Shown piece by piece: positions 57,560 to 64,000 of a stretch of 64,000 nucleotides of DNA (positions are counted from its first letter, which is position 1; each line of letters starts with the position of its first letter). This DNA is from a virus: IMG/VR virus record IMGVR_UViG_3300027833_000016. One strand, 5' to 3'. The notes beneath the pieces were generated by a model. The model made no database searches and had not been told where the DNA came from. It saw only the letters and a program-made list of their open reading frames with translations. The position numbers and the translations under genes are program-made.

Positions 57560-58531
57560 ATGAATATGCAAAACGATGTACTACAAATAGAAACTATGGC
57601 ATACGCAGGATCTTCACCTTGGGGTGATATCGGTACGCAAGTATCGAACGATCTGTCTCCACAGCAAATGATGGAGAAGTCTGGCACTAACTGGTCAGTT
57701 GATAAGGTGCAAACCTATGCTGATTACAAAGGCGAGAAAGTCCCTACTGGTCTGGAAGCACTTGTCCGATCTTCGGATAGCAAGATCCTGACTCAGGTTG
57801 GCAAGAACTGGAACCCAGTTCAGAACGAACAAGCATTTGAGTTCTTTAACGAGTACTGCATGGAAGGTGGCATGGAAATGCACAGTGCAGGTTCTCTGAA
57901 GGGCGGTAAGATGGTCTGGGCACTTGCCAAGATCAACGAGTCATTCGATGTACTGAAAGGCGATCAAGTAGATTCCTACTTGTTGTTCTCTAACCCACAC
58001 GAGTATGGTAAGTCAATCGATATCCGATTCACTCCGATCCGTGTTACTTGTATGAACACTCTAGCAATGGCAATGAAAGGTCGTGCTATCAATGGTGCGA
58101 AGGTTAACCACCGTAGAGCATTTGATGCTGACCACGTTAAAGTTACTATGGGTCTGGCACACGAACGCTTCGAGCAGTATAAGGAAGTTGCTAAGTACTT
58201 AGCAGGTAAGAAGTTTACCGCAGAGTCTTTAATTCAGTATTACAATGAAGTATTCCCTCGCACATATACTGGTAAGAATCCAGTCATTGTTAAGACTTAT
58301 GAAGATCTGACTACCAACGGTCAAAAGGCATTCGATGTCCTTCAGACCCAACCGGGAGCAGAACTTGGTCGTGGTTCATGGTGGCAAGCACTTAACAGTG
58401 TAACCTACTTGACTGACCACCAGATGGGTCGTAGTGCTGATACTCGTATGACCTCTGCATGGTTTGGTTCTAACCAGAACCGTAAGCAACTTGCAGTGTC
58501 ACAGGCAATCGAATTTGCAGAGGCGGCATAA
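57560..58531 (+). CDS. DUF932-family protein
   Basis: PVQNEQAFEF, AGSLKGGKMVW, TPIRVTCMNTL, WQALNSVT, WFG. Confidence 0.85.
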   Translation: MNMQNDVLQIETMAYAGSSPWGDIGTQVSNDLSPQQMMEKSGTNWSVDKVQTYADYKGEKVPTGLEALVRSSDSKILTQVGKNWNPVQNEQAFEFFNEYCMEGGMEMHSAGSLKGGKMVWALAKINESFDVLKGDQVDSYLLFSNPHEYGKSIDIRFTPIRVTCMNTLAMAMKGRAINGAKVNHRRAFDADHVKVTMGLAHERFEQYKEVAKYLAGKKFTAESLIQYYNEVFPRTYTGKNPVIVKTYEDLTTNGQKAFDVLQTQPGAELGRGSWWQALNSVTYLTDHQMGRSADTRMTSAWFGSNQNRKQLAVSQAIEFAEAA

Positions 58532-58806
58532 TGACTAAGTTGCGTTCGCAAGAGAACACCGTCATCGATCTTGAAGAGAAGATCATGGCGGCATGGCAGA
58601 CCATTTCAGATATTGATCTGGTCTACTATGCAATGGAGGACATGAGCGAAGACGAACAAATGAATGCGATGCTTGGTCTTAAAGAACTAGGTGAAGCAAG
58701 GTTCAAGGATCTCTGGCGAGTCTTCGAGCAGTTCGTTCCTACACACTATCAAGCAATTAAGTTTCAATCAGCAGTAGCGAGTGACGATGCCGACATACAG
58801 TTATAG
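58531..58806 (+). CDS. hypothetical protein
   Basis: DLEEKIMAAW...LGLKEL...FKDLW. Confidence 0.7.
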   Translation: MTKLRSQENTVIDLEEKIMAAWQTISDIDLVYYAMEDMSEDEQMNAMLGLKELGEARFKDLWRVFEQFVPTHYQAIKFQSAVASDDADIQL

Positions 58807-58966
58807 ATGTAAATCATGTGATCACCAATATGAGGTGATGCAAAGAATGAGTGATGATGTATTAACTAAATGCCCTAAGTGCGACAAAGAAGAGTTGAAG
58901 AAAGTTATTGTCTCTGGGGGTGGTTTTCAATTGAAAGGTAAAGGGTGGTTTAAAGATGGTTATTAA
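58787..58966 (+). CDS. FmdB-family zinc ribbon protein
   Basis: MPTYSYRCKSC...CPKC...FQLKGKGW. Confidence 0.85.
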   Translation: MPTYSYRCKSCDHQYEVMQRMSDDVLTKCPKCDKEELKKVIVSGGGFQLKGKGWFKDGY

Positions 58967-59231
58967 TAAGTACAAGAACCGATACGGAGACGTGTATTGG
59001 TATCAACCTGTTACAGGTGGTTTCACTATCGAAGGTGACTTGGCGTACTGGAGGTTTGGGGGTAAGGAAGGTCAGGAAGGTTTGAACTACGAAGACCTTG
59101 GTTTTGTTGACCCTAGCGGTGGCCCTTTCATAGAAGTGGGGATGGAAATTAACGGAAAGACAATTAAACGCATTGCCGCAGTCGATATGCCTGATGGTGA
59201 TAAGGTAGCAGTATTCCTAGAGGTTGACTAG
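58956..59231 (+). CDS. hypothetical protein
   Basis: KNRYGD, FVDPSGGPFI. Confidence 0.7.
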   Translation: MVINKYKNRYGDVYWYQPVTGGFTIEGDLAYWRFGGKEGQEGLNYEDLGFVDPSGGPFIEVGMEINGKTIKRIAAVDMPDGDKVAVFLEVD

Positions 59232-60418
59232 TGACTGAAAAGAAAAATATACTATGCTTTGATTACGGTATGTGTAACTTCCACAACCTTGTGTCTCTCG
59301 CAAATGATGGACACAAGGTCTGGGTACGAAGTACGGTTACATATGGTGCTAGTCCCCACGCATACTATGAGAGTCTAGGTATCAAGTTTATACCTGAGAG
59401 TGACTATTATAAAGATAGTCTAATTCATTGTTTCATACGAGACAATAACATCGATACGATTCTCCATACCATACCAACACTATCTCACTTTTACGATCAG
59501 TACAAACATCGTGTTGACTTCTATGGTCTCAGTAAAAAGGCGTGTGAGTTAGAGATGAACAAGAGATGGTTGCACGACTCTATGGAAGACATAGGAGTTA
59601 AGACTGCACCTATCCTAGATCACCCACTAGCACCGTTTGTTTTGAAACCAAATATAGTAGTGGCAGGTGACTTCGACTACTGTAGTTTATACCTCACACA
59701 AGAAGAGGCAAACTATACGTTCGATCATCTTGATTGTTTCTTCGAAGAGTATATTCCTGATTGTATTGAGACCAATACGGCATACTGTATGTCTCAAGGC
59801 AAGTGGTCTATTATGCACAACCAACAGATCATAGGTGAAGATGTCGCGAAGTTGGCAGGGAAGTTCACTCACTGGACTAAGACATCCTCGTTTGCAGAAC
59901 TAACCGAAGATCAGGTAACGTTGTGCGAAGAGAATGCCGCGAAGATCCTAGACTTCTTTGCAGATCATTGTGACGAGTCTTGTTATGTAGGACAGATCAC
60001 TGGACTGATCACCCCCGAAGGTGAGTGGTTGTATATTGAGAACAACGTTAGACCAGAGCAAACAAACAGTCTACCTTATTTCATATCAGGTAACCAGTTC
60101 TTGGAAGCAATGGAAGAGGGTAAACCTGAGATCATAGGTGAAGCATTCCCTAACAATGCCCACAAGATGATAGTGATACCCAAACACGCCAATGCAAAGT
60201 ATCCATTCCACCTGCACAAGAAGCACGGAGTAGCAATACCTTGTGGACTTGATATTGTCCAAGGTGCCCACCGTGTGTCCTATGCTATGCGCGAGAGGAC
60301 AGATGATGGTATAGTTGGCATCATCATATGCGACAAGATCATATCAGATGGGTTCGTTCGCGAATGGAATGATCACCCTGAATGGATCATAAGTGACTTA
60401 CATCGACCTCCTTTATGA
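59231..60418 (+). CDS. ATP-grasp ligase-like protein (PurD-like architecture)
   Basis: ELEMNK...IGVKTAP, FVLKP, FEEYI, YIENNVRP. Confidence 0.6.
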   Translation: MTEKKNILCFDYGMCNFHNLVSLANDGHKVWVRSTVTYGASPHAYYESLGIKFIPESDYYKDSLIHCFIRDNNIDTILHTIPTLSHFYDQYKHRVDFYGLSKKACELEMNKRWLHDSMEDIGVKTAPILDHPLAPFVLKPNIVVAGDFDYCSLYLTQEEANYTFDHLDCFFEEYIPDCIETNTAYCMSQGKWSIMHNQQIIGEDVAKLAGKFTHWTKTSSFAELTEDQVTLCEENAAKILDFFADHCDESCYVGQITGLITPEGEWLYIENNVRPEQTNSLPYFISGNQFLEAMEEGKPEIIGEAFPNNAHKMIVIPKHANAKYPFHLHKKHGVAIPCGLDIVQGAHRVSYAMRERTDDGIVGIIICDKIISDGFVREWNDHPEWIISDLHRPPL

Positions 60419-60449
60419 CCAAATAGTCTAAGTGGGTCACCGGAAGTAC

Positions 60450-60478
60450 TAGACATCTCCTCGAATATAGCGTATAAT
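60450..60478 (+). promoter_or_regulatory. sigma70 early promoter
   Basis: TAGACA-17-TATAAT; downstream leader resembles the one at 57506. Confidence 0.75.
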
Positions 60479-60513
60479 ACTTGTATTGATTATGAGAACT
60501 GAGAGAGAAAATT

Positions 60514-60684
60514 ATGAGTGTGATTCCAGTAGACATTAAAGACGTTAAAGTATACCTTGCCGGTTATGAACTGGTCGAGTATGAAGCAGGTACCGATCCT
60601 ATGGACGGTTTCGTTCTGTTAGGTTTTGATGAAGTTGGTATGTTCTGTACCAACCCACGTTACGCTTTTATTGGAGGTGTTTAA
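60514..60684 (+). CDS. 56-aa hypothetical protein (not in ORF track)
   Basis: GAGAGAG RBS; MSVIPVDIKDV... Confidence 0.6.
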   Translation: MSVIPVDIKDVKVYLAGYELVEYEAGTDPMDGFVLLGFDEVGMFCTNPRYAFIGGV

Positions 60685-60685
60685 T

Positions 60686-61045
60686 ATGACTGCATTTACT
60701 AAAGAAAACTTCACTTGGGACGGTATGTACTTGATGTACCAAGGCGCGTTCGAAGGTTCACGCACTATGGAGCAAGTCTCTCCGAACTGTCACCCATCTT
60801 GGCACGGTATGCCAGAACGCACTTTCGTTGCACGATTCAAGTATGGTAGCAAACCTTGGAAGTCTTGGGTCAACTACCTAGTCAAGAACGTTTCTATCGA
60901 AGAGTACATTGCGGTTCAGACTGCTACTAGTCCTATAGAAGCAATGGAACACTTTGGTTTCAAAGCACGAAAGAAACGTCACTTTCCACAAGCAGAAGGT
61001 AACTACGGTCTGCGTAACGGTTTCGGTATTGAGAGGAGTGCATAA
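60686..61045 (+). CDS. hypothetical protein
   Basis: GGAGG RBS; FTWDGMYLMY...FVARFKY. Confidence 0.7.
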   Translation: MTAFTKENFTWDGMYLMYQGAFEGSRTMEQVSPNCHPSWHGMPERTFVARFKYGSKPWKSWVNYLVKNVSIEEYIAVQTATSPIEAMEHFGFKARKKRHFPQAEGNYGLRNGFGIERSA

Positions 61046-61046
61046 T

Positions 61047-61730
61047 ATGGAAGGTTACAACTACTTTGAGTACCCAACCTACGGTACTGATGAACACCGT
61101 TACAATCAGTATCTTGGTAATCATATCAACAAGCAGAATAAGGGTCAACGAGGTAAAGATTCAGAACGCCAGAAGACCTACCGATGCGAGTGGACGTTCC
61201 AGTCTAAGGTAAACAACCCTGAGTTTGATTCCATTAAGGATGCCCAGAAGTTTGCCAAGAGAATCTACAAGTCCAAGACTTGGATCAAGTTGTGGGGCAA
61301 GTCTGTAGAGAATGACGTAGGTCGCCTCTTTGCCGCGCAACCAAAAGTAGTTGCGATGAGTAGCAGAAAGAAGGCGTTGAGTGGTTACACAGATGGATTT
61401 AGTGTGACGTTAGACTTGATTACAGGTCTAAATAAGTATACGCTCCTGCATGAACTAGCACATACCCTTGGACATATGCATCACGGTCGATCCTTTCGAC
61501 AGTGTTTGCTTGACCTTGTTGGTGCGTTCATGGGTGCCAAGGAAAAGAAGATCCTGAAGGACGAGTTCCGTAAGGCGAAACTGGCAGTGGGTGATGCTCG
61601 TAAACCTCAGACGTTCGAAGTCTGGATGAAAGCGCGAGAGCGTATGGCGGTAATGCGAGAAGCAAAGGAAAGCATGGAAGACGATATAAAGTTCTTACAC
61701 AGAATGCGTAGCAAAGGTTACGACTTCTGA
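61047..61730 (+). CDS. HExxH metallopeptidase-like protein
   Basis: LLHELAH...HHGRSF; GAGGAG RBS. Confidence 0.7.
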   Translation: MEGYNYFEYPTYGTDEHRYNQYLGNHINKQNKGQRGKDSERQKTYRCEWTFQSKVNNPEFDSIKDAQKFAKRIYKSKTWIKLWGKSVENDVGRLFAAQPKVVAMSSRKKALSGYTDGFSVTLDLITGLNKYTLLHELAHTLGHMHHGRSFRQCLLDLVGAFMGAKEKKILKDEFRKAKLAVGDARKPQTFEVWMKARERMAVMREAKESMEDDIKFLHRMRSKGYDF

Positions 61731-61750
61731 AACTATTTAAAAGGAAAAGT

Positions 61751-61936
61751 ATGACTAGCAATGAACAAGAAAACCACGATATCAATAAAGAAATTGATGA
61801 TACTTACCAACGCATATTACAACTAACCGAAGAAGTCAACAACCGTATGCTTAGAATGCAAATTGCGGTGGGCGGTCTCTACGTCTTCTCTATTGTTTTA
61901 GTCCTCGTAGATATATTTCTATTTGAGGCACATTAA
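61751..61936 (+). CDS. small C-terminally anchored membrane protein
   Basis: coiled coil then TM. Confidence 0.6.
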   Translation: MTSNEQENHDINKEIDDTYQRILQLTEEVNNRMLRMQIAVGGLYVFSIVLVLVDIFLFEAH

Positions 61937-61939
61937 ACC

Positions 61940-61968
61940 TTGACACGACACGGATGTTGTGTTATACT
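61940..61968 (+). promoter_or_regulatory. sigma70 promoter
   Basis: TTGACA-17-TATACT. Confidence 0.8.
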
Positions 61969-61993
61969 TACTACTTAACTACTGAGATATATT

Positions 61994-62713
61994 ATGAATT
62001 TTATACATGAACCAATCGAATTACATGAGATGGAAGCAACGACTACAGAAATGGGTCGAACATATGCTACCCCTGATGGATTCAAACTACCTTCTATCAC
62101 TACCGTACTGTCTATACTATCTAGAGACTCCATTGCTAAATGGCGCAAACGTGTGGGTGAGAAAGAAGCAAACCGAATTTCGTATCGTGCGTCTACGCGT
62201 GGTACATCCGTTCACGAGATCTGTGAGAAGTATGTCAACAACGATCCTAATTGGGATAAGTACATGGCAACTGACATCGATACTGGTGAACAGAAGTTGA
62301 CCAAACGTACTCCTGATCTGATCGGTTCTTTCCTTGCATTGAAACCAATCCTTGATGAGCGTCTTACTAAAGTCTATGCTCAAGAAGCACCTTTGTACTC
62401 TACCCATCTGGGTGTGGCAGGTCGTGTGGATTGCGTGGGTGTCTTTGATGGCAAGTTGTCTATCATCGATTACAAGACTTCTATGAAACCCAAACGTCTT
62501 GACTGGATCAAGAACTACTTCATGCAAGAATCTGCCTATGCAATCATGTGGGAAGAACGCACAGGAATGCCTATCACTCAGTTAGTGACCATCATTTCTG
62601 TTGATAATAGCGAACCCCAAGTGTTCATCGAACATCGTGATAACTGGGTGCGTCCACTATTAGATACGATTGATCAGTACATTGAGGAAAATAGTTCTGT
62701 ACAACTTGTATAA
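61994..62713 (+). CDS. PD-(D/E)XK exonuclease (Cas4-like fold, common in T4-like phages)
   Basis: PSITTVL, RGTSVH, AGRVDC, IIDYKTS, YFMQESAY. Confidence 0.88.
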   Translation: MNFIHEPIELHEMEATTTEMGRTYATPDGFKLPSITTVLSILSRDSIAKWRKRVGEKEANRISYRASTRGTSVHEICEKYVNNDPNWDKYMATDIDTGEQKLTKRTPDLIGSFLALKPILDERLTKVYAQEAPLYSTHLGVAGRVDCVGVFDGKLSIIDYKTSMKPKRLDWIKNYFMQESAYAIMWEERTGMPITQLVTIISVDNSEPQVFIEHRDNWVRPLLDTIDQYIEENSSVQLV

Positions 62714-62716
62714 ATA
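62709..62716 (+). promoter_or_regulatory. late promoter
   Basis: TATAAATA. Confidence 0.8.
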
Positions 62717-62759
62717 GTGCTATAGTGTGGAAACACTAAACTAATTTATAGGAATTTGT

Positions 62760-63851
62760 ATGAAATTTAATACTTACTTAACTGAAAGTTTAAAGGCAGA
62801 GGATTACGAAGCGTCTATCGTAATGGGTTTTTATGAACTCACCGATAGACCTATCACTGACCCTGCCAAACATGGTATCACTCCTAAGATATTCACTGCT
62901 ATCCAAGACAGTCCTATTGCTCTTGGCGCAGGTAGAAATATTGCACGTTATGTATTATCAAAGTATCCCGACCTAAAGAACAAGAATGCCGAACAGTATG
63001 GTCGTGCGAAAGCATCCCTTACTCCGTTCTGGAAATCACATGGTGGTACTGACATTACGCCAAAGACAGACGTACTGATCGGGGATATGCGATTCTCTGT
63101 TAAGATCGGTTTGGCGCAATTGATGTCTGGTGGTAAGTCAGAATCAACGGCAACATTCGAAGCGGCAGTCAAGAACAGTAACACTGATCTAAGCAAGTCC
63201 CCCCAATACAAGAAGACTACTGATGTACTAGAAGGATTCGTCAAGAACACTCTAGCACCTACTAAGATAAGACCTTTGATCAAGTCAGGTACCAACGAAG
63301 TTGTCAACAGGGCAGAGAAAGCACACAAGGATTGTATGAAAGAACTTGGGGCACTATTCAAAGAGTCTAAGTCGTTCAAGATTGAGTTTGCCAAAGAAGC
63401 AATGTCAGGTTACGAAAAGTTCGGACAGGATAGTCCTGCCGCATCTGAGTATATGTTGGTGGCAACTGCTGATGGTAGTAAGGTATCTATACATAGTATT
63501 GATGATGATGACTATTGTCTCAAGATTGCCAATGCTATGAGACTACAGGCAAGATTCAAAACATCACAGAGAACTTTGACGGCATTGAAGTCACCCACCA
63601 ACAAGAAAGGTGGTACAGGTGAATATAACTTTTGGTCGGTTATATCCTTGATCGTTGATTCTATGCAGGGTTCTGATGATATCAATGAGAGTATTGAACT
63701 ACAAGAACTCAAACTACTAAAGACTATTCGTGGATGGATGAGTAATACTTGGAGAAAGGTGACAACCTTCTTAAAAGGTGGTATACTTAAACTCAAGAAG
63801 TTTCTAGGGGTAGAAGCAGATATACAACATAAGGATAAGATAAACTTCTAA
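62760..63851 (+). CDS. late hypothetical protein, possibly nuclease-fold or head-packaged
   Basis: MKFNTYLTE N-term; TPKTDV...SVK motif. Confidence 0.6.
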   Translation: MKFNTYLTESLKAEDYEASIVMGFYELTDRPITDPAKHGITPKIFTAIQDSPIALGAGRNIARYVLSKYPDLKNKNAEQYGRAKASLTPFWKSHGGTDITPKTDVLIGDMRFSVKIGLAQLMSGGKSESTATFEAAVKNSNTDLSKSPQYKKTTDVLEGFVKNTLAPTKIRPLIKSGTNEVVNRAEKAHKDCMKELGALFKESKSFKIEFAKEAMSGYEKFGQDSPAASEYMLVATADGSKVSIHSIDDDDYCLKIANAMRLQARFKTSQRTLTALKSPTNKKGGTGEYNFWSVISLIVDSMQGSDDINESIELQELKLLKTIRGWMSNTWRKVTTFLKGGILKLKKFLGVEADIQHKDKINF

Positions 63852-64000
63852 TGGAATCATTCAAAGATTTAACAGAGAACAAGAACACTCACATGACTCA
63901 CATCGAAGATAAGGTTATCTACGGTGGGGTTAAGGGCACACGCGAAGCAATCAATGCTCTACGCGAACTCCGTGATGTGTTGGCAGGTGGTGGTAAAGCA
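63851..64000 (+). CDS. conserved T4-like hypothetical protein (3' truncated)
   Basis: KNTHMTHIEDKVIYGG. Confidence 0.7.
   Translation, partial: MESFKDLTENKNTHMTHIEDKVIYGGVKGTREAINALRELRDVLAGGGKA

Noticed and set aside
61994-62713. Cas4-like nuclease suggesting a CRISPR system
   Set aside because: No repeat-spacer array or other cas genes were seen; stand-alone exonucleases of this type are common in T4-like phages.
89-63796. Numerous minus-strand ORFs of 60-180 aa in the ORF track
   Set aside because: They are shadows of + strand genes with clear family motifs; none has a recognisable domain or RBS.
1-64000. tRNA genes, introns/inteins in gp43, gp17, gp41 or thyX, and reverse transcriptase/DGR
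   Set aside because: No cloverleaf with a T-loop motif was recognised by eye, core genes are uninterrupted and of normal length, and no RT motif was found; tRNAscan-SE was not run.

Overview
This window is 64 kb of a large T4-like (Tevenvirinae/Kyanoviridae-type) myophage genome, apparently fully coded on the + strand. A marine proteobacterial host is likely, but that is inference. 1-15 kb holds the neck, terminase, tail and head module (gp13-gp23, gp3), interrupted by glycosyltransferases. 15-46 kb holds the recombination, late transcription and replication module (uvsY, uvsW, gp55, gp47, gp46, gp45, gp44, gp62, regA, gp43, uvsX, gp41, thyX, dCMP deaminase, dsbA). Many accessory genes are interleaved there: two Mom/GNAT-like acetyltransferases, Dam, panD, peroxiredoxin, sulfotransferase, sugar-nucleotide enzymes, 2OG-Fe(II) oxygenases and an AEP-like primase. 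47-52.5 kb is the standout: a late-promoter (TATAAATA) operon with two paralogous membrane proteins, CsgF, CsgG, a curlin-repeat protein, a FecR-domain protein with a curlin-like tail and a CHASE2 class III adenylate cyclase. Together these suggest a phage-encoded amyloid secretion plus cAMP signalling system. 52.6-62.7 kb is an early region of small genes behind repeated sigma70 promoter cassettes, including a (p)ppGpp hydrolase-like HD protein. Several structured intergenic RNAs, a perfect antisense sigma70 promoter and apparent CCWGG/AGCT/GCWGC avoidance were also seen. All calls come from motif recognition by eye; no database search or computation was run.
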